Assembly (NCBI GenBank): GCA_910584255.1
Contig: CAJTXV010000001.1
Coordinates: forward strand, 81,318 to 145,317
DNA: 64,000 nucleotides
Direction: 5' to 3'
From: an uncultured Bacilli bacterium
GTDB taxonomy: Bacteria; Bacillota_I; Bacilli_A; RF39; UBA660
Part shown: positions 1 to 10,395 of the stretch, in pieces
How the letters are laid out: the number at the start of each line of letters is the position of its first letter
Position numbering within the stretch: the stretch's first letter is position 1
Made by a program: the position numbers and the translations under genes
Notes under the pieces: generated by a model
What the model was told of the DNA's origin: nothing
The model's input: only the letters and a program-made list of their open reading frames with translations
Database searches by the model: none

Positions 1-1103
1 GATGCTCTGCTAATCCATTCTTTTTCATTTTCTTTGTTGAACATACCCAAGTAACCAAATCATGCTTATCTTTTCCAAGAACTCTTTTCCATCTATAAAA
101 CTTTTGACCACAATATCCACATTCGATTTTGCTGCTAAAAGCATATTGAGTGCTGTACTTATTAGGAGCATAAGCACCATTATACTGTTGTCTTCTTTTA
201 TTCATAATTTCTTTTGCTTTATTAAAAGTTTTCCTATCTATAATCGCAGGATGATGATCTTTAGCGTAATACATTTCTCTCTCCCCACGATTTTGCTTTC
301 TAATATGAGCAATCGGATCTACAGTATAATTTTGACCACTCAATAAATCTCCAGCATACTTAACATTATTTATCATATCACATACAGTAGTATCTCTCCA
401 TTTCTTCCCTGTTGGTGTAACATATCCTTGTTCATTCATCATTTTTGCAATTGTAGGAGATCCTAAACCACTTACATATAAATCAAAAACTTTTCTAACA
501 ATTACTGCTTCTTCTTCGACAATTTCGAGATTTTCTATCTCCTCATTATATCGATAACCAAAGCATTCATATCTCCCAACAAGTTCTCCTCTTTTCATTT
601 TCATTTTATTTCCTAAGATTACACTTGATGAAATTGTAGAACTTCCTTGTTGAGCAAGTGCTGCAAGAACTGAAATTAAAATCTCACCTTGCATTTTTAA
701 TGTATTAATATTCTCTTCTTCAAAATATACTGCTATATTTAATGCTTTTAATTTCCGAATATAATTTAAAATATCTACTGTATTACGTCCGAATCTGGAG
801 ATAGACTTAACTAATATTAAATCTATCTTTCCAGCTTCTGCATCTTTAATCATTCGCAAAAATTCTGTTCTTTTATCTACCTTAGTTCCTGTGATTCCTT
901 CATCAGCATATATTCCTGCGAATTCCCACTCAGGATTTTCTTGAATTTTAGCTGTATAATAACTTATTTGCGATTCATAACTATTTAATTGTTCTTCCTC
1001 TTCTGTACTTACACGGCAGTAAGCAGCTACTTTTAGCTTAATAATATTTAATTGTTGATTGTTTTGTAGGATTTTCGGTGAAATGACTTCAACTTTACCC
1101 ATT
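1..1103 (-). CDS. Large serine recombinase (integrase/transposase), N-terminal about 367 aa; C-terminus runs off the window start
   Basis: Not in the ORF track because it is edge-truncated. Manual minus-strand translation from ATG at 1103-1101 (RBS GGAGG) reads MGKVEVISP...KLKVAAYCRVSTEEEEQLNSYESQISYY...GITGTKVDKRTEF...RFGRNTVDIL, the catalytic-domain signature of TndX/CcrB-like large serine recombinases, followed by a Cys-rich zinc-beta-ribbon region. Confidence 0.8.
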
Positions 1104-1151
1104 GTCCTCCTTCCAATTTGAAATTCATTCACCAACGTTTCTACAACAACA

Positions 1152-1337
1152 TTATACCATAACATTGGTATTTTTTTTAGTAGAATTCAAATAATTATCC
1201 TCTATTATTGATTTTAATTTTCGATACTCTTCTTCACTTATTTCTTTTTTCTTATATAATAAATTTACTAATAAAATTTCAAAACTATAATTTATTAATT
1301 CTTGATCTTCACTACGTATTTCAGTTTTCTGTTGCAT
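1152..1337 (-). CDS. Small hypothetical protein upstream of the recombinase
   Basis: 61-aa ORF co-oriented with and immediately upstream of the recombinase; no recognisable domain. Confidence 0.35.
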   Translation of the reverse strand: MQQKTEIRSEDQELINYSFEILLVNLLYKKKEISEEEYRKLKSIIEDNYLNSTKKNTNVMV

Positions 1338-1389
1338 ATTTCTCCTTTACAAATATGAATTTTTACTCACCGAAATCCTGGAATCAAAA

Positions 1390-2124
1390 TTAAATTTTAG
1401 TTAATTTGCCATGTATAAAGTATCTATCTCTTTTACTATGATTTGCTTCTTTAGAACAGGAATATAATGTAATTATTCTATCACTACTATAATCGACACT
1501 TATATTTGTTTGATATTTACTTTTAGAAATTATTGTATCTAAATAGTCCTTATATTTTTCCCAAGATGAAAAAATCTGATTATATGAATCAGATTCAGTA
1601 TCATCTACATAAGCACTAAATATTTCTACTAAATAATTTGCAGAAGGAGTATATAGATAAAATTTAGGATGATCATTAAAAAAATTAACATCCATAAACT
1701 TATATAATTCTCCAAACATTGTTCCATTTTTGGTGCTATGACCATATACAAAAGTATTAAAATCAGAAAAATCTAAGGAAGAGTTACAATCCATAAATAT
1801 ACTCCCATATCCACTCCACTTTTTGTCATAAGAATGATTTAAATAATAAGAATTATTATTTCCACGAACAACTGGATAATTAACCTGTGTTCCTTCTATC
1901 ACAATCCATCCAACAACATCAGGATTTATTTTTCTTAATTCATCAAAATCAATTTTAAATTCTGGTTCTTCAGATAGAATATCAGGTATATTTACAATAT
2001 CAACCAATTCTTTTTTTAAATCTTCTTCATTTTTATCTTCTTTATAAAAATTCAAAACTTTATAAGTACAAAAAATGAAAGATAAAACAAATAGTATTAA
2101 TAAAAAAATATTTAATTTTTTCAT
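1390..2124 (-). CDS. Class B-type sortase
   Basis: N-terminal signal/TM segment; DVVGWIVIEGTQVNYPVVRGNNNSYYLNH; YGHSTKNGTMF (His); ITLYSCS (TLxxC Cys); downstream conserved Arg (RYFIHGKL). Confidence 0.75.
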   Translation of the reverse strand: MKKLNIFLLILFVLSFIFCTYKVLNFYKEDKNEEDLKKELVDIVNIPDILSEEPEFKIDFDELRKINPDVVGWIVIEGTQVNYPVVRGNNNSYYLNHSYDKKWSGYGSIFMDCNSSLDFSDFNTFVYGHSTKNGTMFGELYKFMDVNFFNDHPKFYLYTPSANYLVEIFSAYVDDTESDSYNQIFSSWEKYKDYLDTIISKSKYQTNISVDYSSDRIITLYSCSKEANHSKRDRYFIHGKLTKI

Positions 2125-2126
2125 AT

Positions 2127-2672
2127 TTATTTTTCTATTTCCTCCATCTCTTCATTCTTGAGACTATCCTTATTGATTTCATACTTTTTTCTAAATTCAT
2201 CTAATTTTTTTAAATCTTCATCAACTACTAAATCCAATGTACCATTGTCATTAAAATTAAAAACCTCATTATATAAAAAATCATAAAATTCTTTTCCTAC
2301 CCAGACATTACTATCATCTTTTGCAACAACATTATTGTCTTTATCATATTCTAACTCAATATCATATATTTTATGCCTATACAAAATTCGATCAATTAAA
2401 TCTAATTCATTATTTTTCCATGGCATCTTTTCCATTTCAATTTCTTTTTCGATATCCATTATTTTTTTTCTAAATTCTTCATTAAAGATTTTATTTGATT
2501 CAATTGCTTTTTCTATACAAGTTGAAACTTTTTCAAGTTTTTCATTATCAATCCAATCTATTGGAACATTCATAACTTCACTTATCATTATTGCAACATA
2601 AACTTCATGAAATGTACGATCATTATATTTTATATAATCAATATTTCTTTTTACCAAATCTTTATCAATCAT
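2127..2672 (-). CDS. Hypothetical acidic protein; C-terminal tail ...EEMEEIEK
   Basis: ORF tightly packed in a co-oriented array; no identifiable domain. Confidence 0.45.
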   Translation of the reverse strand: MIDKDLVKRNIDYIKYNDRTFHEVYVAIMISEVMNVPIDWIDNEKLEKVSTCIEKAIESNKIFNEEFRKKIMDIEKEIEMEKMPWKNNELDLIDRILYRHKIYDIELEYDKDNNVVAKDDSNVWVGKEFYDFLYNEVFNFNDNGTLDLVVDEDLKKLDEFRKKYEINKDSLKNEEMEEIEK

Positions 2673-2687
2673 AGTACGTATTCCTTT

Positions 2688-3239
2688 CTATCTTTCTATT
2701 TCTAATTCTTCTTCTCTATCATCCAAATTTATCCATTTATTGTAAACTACATCATAGTCTTGTTCAGTAATATCTGCTAGTCTCTCAAAGCACCTTTCTC
2801 TTACGATACTATCTGTATAACCAATAATGGTATATACATCACCAACTCCAGAATTTAATAAATTATTAAGATCCTTAAAAGAAAAATTAGAGAGATGCTC
2901 TCCAACTTCATCTTGTGGATAGTTTTCTTTATACCAATCTTTTATAGAAACATTCAAAAGCTTATTTTTAGTTCTTAAATATTCAGAGAATTCACTACTA
3001 ATGTTTTTTGACTGTTGTTTTAACTCATTATAATCAATTTTAAAAAAATAATCAGATAATCTAGCATTGTTAATCAAATCATTTATTTTCTTATTGACAA
3101 AATCTTCAATATTATTAATAGTATTTTCATCCCAATTCAAACGATGAAAAGTGGTGCTAGCTGGACATTTTCCTTTTTTACTTTCTAAATATAATGTTAT
3201 TGAACAATGATCATATTTATAACCTAATATATATTTCAT
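2688..3239 (-). CDS. Hypothetical protein; C-terminal tail ...EEELEIER
   Basis: ORF in the packed array; GAGGAGG RBS directly upstream of ATG. Confidence 0.45.
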   Translation of the reverse strand: MKYILGYKYDHCSITLYLESKKGKCPASTTFHRLNWDENTINNIEDFVNKKINDLINNARLSDYFFKIDYNELKQQSKNISSEFSEYLRTKNKLLNVSIKDWYKENYPQDEVGEHLSNFSFKDLNNLLNSGVGDVYTIIGYTDSIVRERCFERLADITEQDYDVVYNKWINLDDREEELEIER

Positions 3240-3516
3240 ATAGTTAATTCCTCCTCTTTTTCTATTTCTTGTTCCTCTTCTTTTTCGTAATCAAAATCAT
3301 TTAAAAGTCTATCTCTCATATCCTCATTATAAATCGAATCATAGGCATCACTTATTTCAAATGCTTTATTTATAATATCGCTATTTAAATCTCCAACAGT
3401 TAATCCTTTAACATCATGAAGTAATATGCTACATAAAACTCTCGATCATACTTATCTTCTTGTAAATATTTCATGTGTCTTTCTATTGCTTCTCTATTCA
3501 TAATATTTCCCCCTTC

Positions 3517-4389
3517 TTAATACATTCCATCTGTAATATCAATATCTTCTACTGATTTATCTAAACTATATTCTTTATCAATTTTATTTTTTAATTCTAC
3601 TAAATAATCAGAAAATGTTGGGCTATTATATTTTCCATAGTAACGATAACTATTTGAACCAAAATCATAAGAATATAATTTATTATTAATATATCCTTGA
3701 GTTTTCAAAGGAACATCAATTTTATATTCTTTTAATAGATATAAAAATACATTTTGTGATGTTTGTTTATAATAATCATCATTTTTATAAAAACTTAATA
3801 TTTCAGATAAAACATTTTTTCCTTCAAAGATTGCAATTTTAGCATTTGTTATTTTGTCTTTAAATATTTGATTCTTTTCCTTCACCTCTTTATTTCTTCT
3901 TTCTTTCATATCTTCTTCTGCTTTTCTTCGCATTTCATCTTTTATTGCAATATATTGCTCTCTAGATTTTTTTGCATTTTCATAAAGATCAGGATGATTC
4001 TTTTCTATATAAGCAAGTTCAATATAATTAAAAAAGCCACTATAATTAAGTCTAGTATTAATTGATTCTAAATAATTGTCAAATATGGGTTTCACTTTTT
4101 CTTTAATATAATTACAATATCTCAGGCAATCATCTTTCTCATATTCATTTTTACAAATATCATTAATCAATGAGTTGAATCTGTTAAAAGATATATATTG
4201 ATTGTAGAACATCCAATATTCTCCATCTTCACCTTTAAAAAGAAGATTAGCACCATTTGAACTTTTATCCTCATCTAAAATATAAAAATCATAATTATCA
4301 TAATTAATAACAGTAATTTTTTTATTTCTTACTATTGGATTATCATTTGAACTTAAATAATGAACTTTTGCTTCTTTAGTTTCTATCAT
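3517..4389 (-). CDS. Hypothetical protein
   Basis: 290-aa ORF with a lysine-rich coiled-coil C-half. Confidence 0.45.
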   Translation of the reverse strand: MIETKEAKVHYLSSNDNPIVRNKKITVINYDNYDFYILDEDKSSNGANLLFKGEDGEYWMFYNQYISFNRFNSLINDICKNEYEKDDCLRYCNYIKEKVKPIFDNYLESINTRLNYSGFFNYIELAYIEKNHPDLYENAKKSREQYIAIKDEMRRKAEEDMKERRNKEVKEKNQIFKDKITNAKIAIFEGKNVLSEILSFYKNDDYYKQTSQNVFLYLLKEYKIDVPLKTQGYINNKLYSYDFGSNSYRYYGKYNSPTFSDYLVELKNKIDKEYSLDKSVEDIDITDGMY

Positions 4390-4392
4390 TAT

Positions 4393-4689
4393 CTATCTCT
4401 CCACTTCCTCTTGCTCATGCAAGATTTCGTTTGCTCTATCAAAAGTTTCCTTATCTATAATTGGTTTATGCGTTTTTCCTATATCTTTATAATCTTTTTC
4501 CATTTGTTTCAGTTCATCAATCAAATCTGGAGCTTTCCATCCCAGGTGTTCTTTTACTTCATATAAATAACCACTTAAAGTATGCGTTTTTAAATATTCA
4601 AAAGAATACATTCGATCTTTTACATCATTTATAACAAGCCACTCTTCAACTTTAAGCATAAAATCTATATCTTTATCATTGTTATTCAT
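4393..4689 (-). CDS. Hypothetical protein; tail ...EQEEVER
   Basis: 98-aa ORF, 3-nt spacing to the neighbouring ORF. Confidence 0.4.
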   Translation of the reverse strand: MNNNDKDIDFMLKVEEWLVINDVKDRMYSFEYLKTHTLSGYLYEVKEHLGWKAPDLIDELKQMEKDYKDIGKTHKPIIDKETFDRANEILHEQEEVER

Positions 4690-4690
4690 C

Positions 4691-5425
4691 TTAATATTCC
4701 ATCTCCTCTTCTATTTCGTTTTTGTCTATCTGTTTTTCTTCTTCACAACAATTCTTTCTATCCTCATTTATAACTAGATCCAGTTGGTTATCCATAAATA
4801 AATTCATAAGAGCAGGTAATCCATTTTCTTTTTGAAATAAATATTCTTCTTTATATAAAGGAACTAATTGATAAAAATTAATTTTTTCTTTTGTACCTAA
4901 TTTTAAATCTAATTCCTTTCTATCTATATTCATAGCAGGTACTAAAAGATTAGATACAAATTTCACTTTAGGATCAAGTGGAATATTTCCATCTTCACTA
5001 TGAGAAATTGTATGTCCTATTCCTATCCAAGAATTATCCTCTATTGCTAGTCTACCTATCATCTTTAATTGGCTTATTACCCAACCATGTTTTTTTGGTA
5101 TATCTTTCATATCACAATCGGCTGGAATATAAGCAACCAGCTCAGTTCTCTCATATTCTCCTTTTGGTAAAACATCTGGAACATTCATTTTATAAGCACC
5201 AACACCTTCAGTAATTAATTTATAATAGTAACAATCTTCAGTTGGAGGTATTACTAAAATATCTACATGTATATCTGGAGAATATAGTTCATGATAAACC
5301 ATAAATTTTCCAAAATTATCTTCAATATAATTTTCAAATTGTTTCATCTCTTCCTGTGTATAAATGTACTTTGGCTTTTCCTTAAATCCCTTATAAGCAA
5401 ATTTAGCTTTCTTAATAATACTCAA
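4691..5425 (-). CDS. Hypothetical protein (possibly SUFU-like/immunity-type fold, unverified); tail ...EIEEEMEY
   Basis: 244-aa ORF; no confident motif identified by eye. Confidence 0.4.
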   Translation of the reverse strand: MSIIKKAKFAYKGFKEKPKYIYTQEEMKQFENYIEDNFGKFMVYHELYSPDIHVDILVIPPTEDCYYYKLITEGVGAYKMNVPDVLPKGEYERTELVAYIPADCDMKDIPKKHGWVISQLKMIGRLAIEDNSWIGIGHTISHSEDGNIPLDPKVKFVSNLLVPAMNIDRKELDLKLGTKEKINFYQLVPLYKEEYLFQKENGLPALMNLFMDNQLDLVINEDRKNCCEEEKQIDKNEIEEEMEY

Positions 5426-5461
5426 ACTATCATCTCCTATTCATTATTGTTTTTAAAATTA

Positions 5462-5773
5462 TTACTTATTCAATAAAAATAACAATTTCTCATAACCAGC
5501 AGCATTTAGTAATTTGATTATAGAAATATCTAATTCTTCAGAAATATTCATCAGCATTTCTATACTTGGTTTCTGAATTCTACCTCTTTCAAGATCATTT
5601 ATTGATGTATTACTTACTCCAATTCTTCTTGATAATTCTCTTTGAGATATTTTTTTAATTCTTCTTCCATTTTCAATTAAGTCCTTTAAAGCAAATGTGT
5701 TGCATTTTGGTTTATGATATGAATTTAATTTTTCCTCTTTTAAGTTACTCATATTCTGACTCACTTTCATCAT
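5462..5773 (-). CDS. XRE-family helix-turn-helix transcriptional regulator
   Basis: ISQRELSRRIGVSNTSINDLERGRIQKPSIEMLMNISEELDISIIKLL, a classic HTH_3 pattern. Confidence 0.65.
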   Translation of the reverse strand: MMKVSQNMSNLKEEKLNSYHKPKCNTFALKDLIENGRRIKKISQRELSRRIGVSNTSINDLERGRIQKPSIEMLMNISEELDISIIKLLNAAGYEKLLFLLNK

Positions 5774-5960
5774 CTTCTAAATCAAAGCATATATACTTTT
5801 CACAATAATCATTAAATATATTTAAAAAATGTTGTTTATTTTTATATCCACCAGACATAAATCCACCATTACTCTCATAATTAAAGTCAATCACTTTAAA
5901 AAATTTTTCTTCTAGATCAATTTCTATCTTAATTTCAAGTTTTTTCTTTTTCTTTCTCAT
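5745..5960 (-). CDS. Small hypothetical protein
   Basis: 71-aa ORF overlapping the HTH gene start. Confidence 0.3.
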   Translation of the reverse strand: MRKKKKKLEIKIEIDLEEKFFKVIDFNYESNGGFMSGGYKNKQHFLNIFNDYCEKYICFDLEDDESESEYE

Positions 5961-5969
5961 ATTATCTCC

Positions 5970-7655
5970 TTATTTTGTTTTATAATAATTACTCACTTTT
6001 TGTTTTTCATTTTTTGAAATAGCTTCAATATCTTCACCATTAGCTTTTCCTATTTCTTGATTATTTCTATCATATAGGACATACTCTTTGTCATCGACTA
6101 AATATACAATTCCTCTGTTATCAAAACTAATCCAAGCAACGCTATTTTTCGGAACATAAAAAAAGTATTCGCTATAAGGTATACGAATACAATACTTATC
6201 CTCTGTAGTTCTTTTTTCATCAATCATATTTTTACTAATTGAAACACTTTTGATATATCCTTTTTCAGTTTCTAAAGAAATGCCTCTTATTTTTTCTAAC
6301 TCACTAGCTTTATTTTTTAGATAAGTTAAATAAGCATATTTTTGATTCATATCTATTTTCATCTTATTAGCTGTTGATATAATTTCTTCAACCTCTTCAG
6401 TTGTTTCTACATTTAATTCTTTTTTTAAATCTAAAAATGCTTGAACTTCATTAGGCAGTTCAGTATCAGCATGATAAATATCTTGCTGTTCTAAATATAA
6501 ATCATAATTATCCAAATATTTTAAATAAAGATTACACAAGGGAACTCTTAACTGAAGTGTCTCATGTTCTGAAAGCAATGATTGATACTCTGTTTCTCTT
6601 GATTCTATATCATTTTTGATCTCTTGAAGTTGGATTTCTAAAGCATCATAATTATATATCTCATGATTATTTAAAAAATTAATTGTATCCACTAACTTAT
6701 GATACCTTCTTACTTCCATATATCTAGAATTATAATATTTAAAATATTCAGAGTTAGCATCTAAGTCCTCCATTGTATATAAAACAGAATGTTTTGATAA
6801 TTTTGCAAGTTGATCATAAATATTTAAAATAACACTATCTCTTACATTTAATTCATATTTTTCAAAAAAGATATTTTTCTGATTTTTTCTTTTATCTTTA
6901 AAAAATTTTTTTAAGGAATCTTCACTATATTCATCTCCTAAAGTTTTCATAGTAACAAATCTATCTTTACCGTAAGGACGAATTTTAATATTTTTCCCTA
7001 ATTTTATTTGATAACCTTCAAATGAAAGTTGCTCTAATAGTTCATCAAAAGAAAAGCATCTTTCTTTCAATGATTCTAACATTTCTATTATTTGAGTTTT
7101 CCAATTTTTATTAGCCATAGCATATAAATATTTATTTTTGTGATAATGTCCAATTTTAGGAGCATCTTGGATAATCTTCAGTCCATGTTGCAATGATATT
7201 TCATCACTAGCATCTCTTAAACCATAAAGTCCTTCAATTGGATTAGATAGTCTGTCTTCTAGTTTTCTTCCTTTCAAATTTAATGATGATAAGCAGAAAT
7301 GATTATGAATATGCAATCTATCGACATGCGTACACACTACTACCTGAAAGTCTGGATATAACTTTTTAACAAGTTCAACCCCAATTTGGTGGGCTTCTTC
7401 TGGTGTTAGATTCTTTTCCTTAGGATCAAATGACTGATAACCATGATAACATGTTCGACTATCATTATTTTCCTCAACATGAAATTTTTGACTATTTACT
7501 TGCATTTCATAAGCAGCAAACTCTGAAGAACAATTTATTCCTGTTACTAATGTTCCTCCTTTTGTTTTTTTGGGATTTTTAATATAGTCAATACAGTCTA
7601 CTCGTCCTTGAATTCCGTGTACACTCCATCTAGCTGTTGTTGGCAGAAATATCAC
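5970..7655 (-). CDS. Conjugative relaxase, MobA/VirD2 (MOB-P type, PF03432-like)
   Basis: Histidine triad VVCTHVDRLHIHNHFCLSS (HxDxxHxHxH-like relaxase motif III); 561 aa; directly downstream of a MobC-like gene. Confidence 0.7.
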   Translation of the reverse strand: MIFLPTTARWSVHGIQGRVDCIDYIKNPKKTKGGTLVTGINCSSEFAAYEMQVNSQKFHVEENNDSRTCYHGYQSFDPKEKNLTPEEAHQIGVELVKKLYPDFQVVVCTHVDRLHIHNHFCLSSLNLKGRKLEDRLSNPIEGLYGLRDASDEISLQHGLKIIQDAPKIGHYHKNKYLYAMANKNWKTQIIEMLESLKERCFSFDELLEQLSFEGYQIKLGKNIKIRPYGKDRFVTMKTLGDEYSEDSLKKFFKDKRKNQKNIFFEKYELNVRDSVILNIYDQLAKLSKHSVLYTMEDLDANSEYFKYYNSRYMEVRRYHKLVDTINFLNNHEIYNYDALEIQLQEIKNDIESRETEYQSLLSEHETLQLRVPLCNLYLKYLDNYDLYLEQQDIYHADTELPNEVQAFLDLKKELNVETTEEVEEIISTANKMKIDMNQKYAYLTYLKNKASELEKIRGISLETEKGYIKSVSISKNMIDEKRTTEDKYCIRIPYSEYFFYVPKNSVAWISFDNRGIVYLVDDKEYVLYDRNNQEIGKANGEDIEAISKNEKQKVSNYYKTK

Positions 7656-8427
7656 CGACCAATCCTATATCCTTTATAGTTATACTATAAACTTTTTGTT
7701 TTTCTTTTATAGCATACTTTTGAGCATCTTCATAACGTTCAAATGGCATTACAATACCAAACTTTAAATTTTTATCCCAACTATAAAAACAAAGAAGCAA
7801 ATTCTTTTTCATAGCGACATCTCGAAGTAAATTTACAAGTCCTATAAAATCTTCTGCTTTCATATTATTTATTTCAAAATCATATTCATACATTTTCAAG
7901 TAAACTACATATCCATATTTTTGTACTGGAGACTTTAAATTAGAAGGTCTTAATATAGTTATCTTTTTATCATATTCTGTTACTCTTTTTAAAAGTTTAA
8001 CATCTGTTCTATGGTTATCTATCATTTTTGCACGATGTTGAATCTTCTTTTCAGTATTAACAGATAAGTTAGTAATTACTGTTTTTTGAAGAGAATCTAC
8101 TTCTTCAATTATTTTTTTATTCTGATCTATAATCTTTTTTATATTTTGAGATGATATACCAGGATTCATCAGCAACTTTTTTTGTTCATTTAATAGTTCT
8201 CTTAAAACTTCAATACATTTACTAACTGCCTCACACACTTCATTTTTTCCTACTACATCCTCAACCCAAATATTTTCATATATAGCAGCAGCTCGAATAT
8301 ACTCAGCAAGACAATCACCATAGCCATAACTTATTGCTTTCTCAGTTATTAATTTTCGTTCATCTTCATTAAGCATCAAATTTATTTTCTGTCTTCTTAA
8401 CTTTTTATCACTATTTCTTTTCTGCAT
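7630..8427 (-). CDS. MobC-like relaxosome accessory protein
   Basis: N-terminal RRQKINLMLNEDERKLITEKAISYGYGDCLAEYIRAAAIYE resembles the MobC/RHH mobilisation-protein motif; overlaps the relaxase start. Confidence 0.55.
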   Translation of the reverse strand: MQKRNSDKKLRRQKINLMLNEDERKLITEKAISYGYGDCLAEYIRAAAIYENIWVEDVVGKNEVCEAVSKCIEVLRELLNEQKKLLMNPGISSQNIKKIIDQNKKIIEEVDSLQKTVITNLSVNTEKKIQHRAKMIDNHRTDVKLLKRVTEYDKKITILRPSNLKSPVQKYGYVVYLKMYEYDFEINNMKAEDFIGLVNLLRDVAMKKNLLLCFYSWDKNLKFGIVMPFERYEDAQKYAIKEKQKVYSITIKDIGLVGDISANNS

Positions 8428-8962
8428 AAGCTTTCCTCTTCTGCTTCTGCAATTCTAATTTGTAAAGTTCTATTTTTTCTAAATAAGACGAACGAAAATA
8501 ATTTTTACTTAACCATTGAACTCCTTCTGCTGGTATTAATATTCTGCCATCTTCTAATGTAATGGTATCAATATTATTTTTTCTCATACGAGTTAGTCCA
8601 CTATATAACGTATTAATACATTTTTCAAAATGATTACATGCTTCTCTGACTGTCATAGCTTGATGATCAAATTCTTTATGAGGTAAATTCAATTCATTTT
8701 CTAATCTAACTATTTGTTTTTCAAAGAAATTAATTTCTGCATCTAAATAAAATACTTTTCTATTATAATAAACATCTTTTAACCACTCAATAAATTCTAA
8801 TTTCAAATATACAACTTCTTCTCCGTTATTAGCTAATTTCTCATTAACCCATTTTTCCAGAGGATGTCTCTTTTGCATTTTTTTAATTGCTACATCTAAT
8901 TGCTTTTCTGTGATAGAAAAATTTTGTTGTACTCTCCATTTTTCTTGAGCTTTAAATTCCAT
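8411..8962 (-). CDS. Hypothetical protein, first gene of the mob operon
   Basis: 183-aa ORF overlapping the mobC-like start; position suggests an oriT-binding accessory role. Confidence 0.4.
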   Translation of the reverse strand: MEFKAQEKWRVQQNFSITEKQLDVAIKKMQKRHPLEKWVNEKLANNGEEVVYLKLEFIEWLKDVYYNRKVFYLDAEINFFEKQIVRLENELNLPHKEFDHQAMTVREACNHFEKCINTLYSGLTRMRKNNIDTITLEDGRILIPAEGVQWLSKNYFRSSYLEKIELYKLELQKQKRKAYAEKK

Positions 8963-9030
8963 TTTTTCTCCTTTCTCACTCTAATAGAAAATACCCCTTT
9001 CAGAGTATAGAAATTTAATCTATCAAGCAT

Positions 9031-9075
9031 GGTGTTTACACACCCTAAAGCTTGTTAGGGAAAACCCTAAAACCC
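9031..9075 (-). promoter_or_regulatory. Candidate oriT/nic region upstream of the mob operon
   Basis: Intergenic 8963-9076 contains IR GGTGTTTACACACC (9031-9044) overlapping IR CCCTAAAGCTTGTTAGGG (9043-9060), then AAAACCCTAAAACCC. Confidence 0.35.
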
Positions 9076-9076
9076 T

Positions 9077-9475
9077 TTATGTAGTCTCCGACAGTTTAGA
9101 ATTTTTTTTAAAAATTTTATTGAATTTTTTTTGCTTCTTTTGATATAAATTTTCTTGAATTCTTATATCTAAAAATTTAATAATTTCTTTAGATGTACCA
9201 TTTTGGTACTCTAAATCTTCAATATATTCATTAATGATTTTTTTATGAATATCACAAAAATAATTATTAGAAATTTCTCTTTTTAATTGATTTATTAATT
9301 TATTATTGTATTTTATTTTATCAATTACTGCTTCTCTATTACTACTAATTTGATCTTCTTTTAGCGATAAATAATAATGTTTTATAAAAGGATTAAGTGG
9401 TGAATTATCCAATTCTCTTATTAACTTTTTAATTATTCTTTTAGTGTTTTTTCTTTCTATTTTATTAGTAGTCAT
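9077..9475 (-). CDS. Hypothetical protein
   Basis: 132-aa K/E-rich ORF. Confidence 0.4.
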   Translation of the reverse strand: MTTNKIERKNTKRIIKKLIRELDNSPLNPFIKHYYLSLKEDQISSNREAVIDKIKYNNKLINQLKREISNNYFCDIHKKIINEYIEDLEYQNGTSKEIIKFLDIRIQENLYQKKQKKFNKIFKKNSKLSETT

Positions 9476-10365
9476 TTTGTTATATCCTCCTCTATTTCTT
9501 CTTCTAAATTTGATAATAAGTTAGATTTTATATTATCAATAAAATCATCAAAATCTTTTTCTATATAGTTTTTAGAATCTTGATTTTTGCATTCAACATC
9601 AAATATTCGTTCATTAATTATATCGTATTTAAACCTAAAATCATCAATGCTACTTTCGGAAGAGGTATTATATTCTTCTTCTGTATTGTAATAATAAACA
9701 TAACCTTCTCCTATAACAATGCTTCCATCTTTTATACATGATGGATAGTCAAAGCCAATTTTAATTTTATATGGTTTGTTAGATATTTCTAATGGTAAAC
9801 TAAGACATCTTTCATTATTATACCAAGAAAAAAAGTCATCCATTGAAATAGATTTTACTTGCTCTAATGTAATATTATTGTTCTCATATATTTCTCTAGC
9901 AAGAGATTGTCCAACCTCAATTGGATTTAAAAATTCACTGTAAAATTCTGAACATTTATCTATTAGTGTTATTAAATCTTCATCTGATATAAGTGGTTTT
10001 TCATTTGTAATCCCAATAAAATATAAATATTCATATATATTGCTATGCAAATCAAAAGATTCAAAATGTTCTTTAATAGATCTAAAATTACTTATCCTTG
10101 TGTCCAATATTTTATAGTTTAAAATACGTAATAATTCTTTTTTTGTATCTTCTGTAGTAAAAAGATATGGGAATCCATATTCATAATTATTATCTACTTG
10201 TACATTTTTTCCAAAATATATTTGATAGTAGTCTTTAGTATCCTCTTTAGAAATAGTCTTTAATAATTCCCATTTGTTTTCTGAAAAGAATTTATCTATT
10301 TTTTCTATATAATTTATATCTTTAAACTCCTCTAAAATATTTACTTTTCTATATTCCTGTGTCAT
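9472..10365 (-). CDS. Hypothetical protein; tail ...EEEIEEDITK
   Basis: 297-aa ORF. Confidence 0.45.
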   Translation of the reverse strand: MTQEYRKVNILEEFKDINYIEKIDKFFSENKWELLKTISKEDTKDYYQIYFGKNVQVDNNYEYGFPYLFTTEDTKKELLRILNYKILDTRISNFRSIKEHFESFDLHSNIYEYLYFIGITNEKPLISDEDLITLIDKCSEFYSEFLNPIEVGQSLAREIYENNNITLEQVKSISMDDFFSWYNNERCLSLPLEISNKPYKIKIGFDYPSCIKDGSIVIGEGYVYYYNTEEEYNTSSESSIDDFRFKYDIINERIFDVECKNQDSKNYIEKDFDDFIDNIKSNLLSNLEEEIEEDITK

Positions 10366-10395
10366 TATGAAATCTCCATTCTGGTTTTAAAATTT

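Noticed and set aside
62-346. Plus-strand 94-aa ORF
   Set aside because: It lies antisense within the serine recombinase coding region and is hydrophobic low-complexity, with no RBS. This is a typical shadow ORF in AT-rich DNA.
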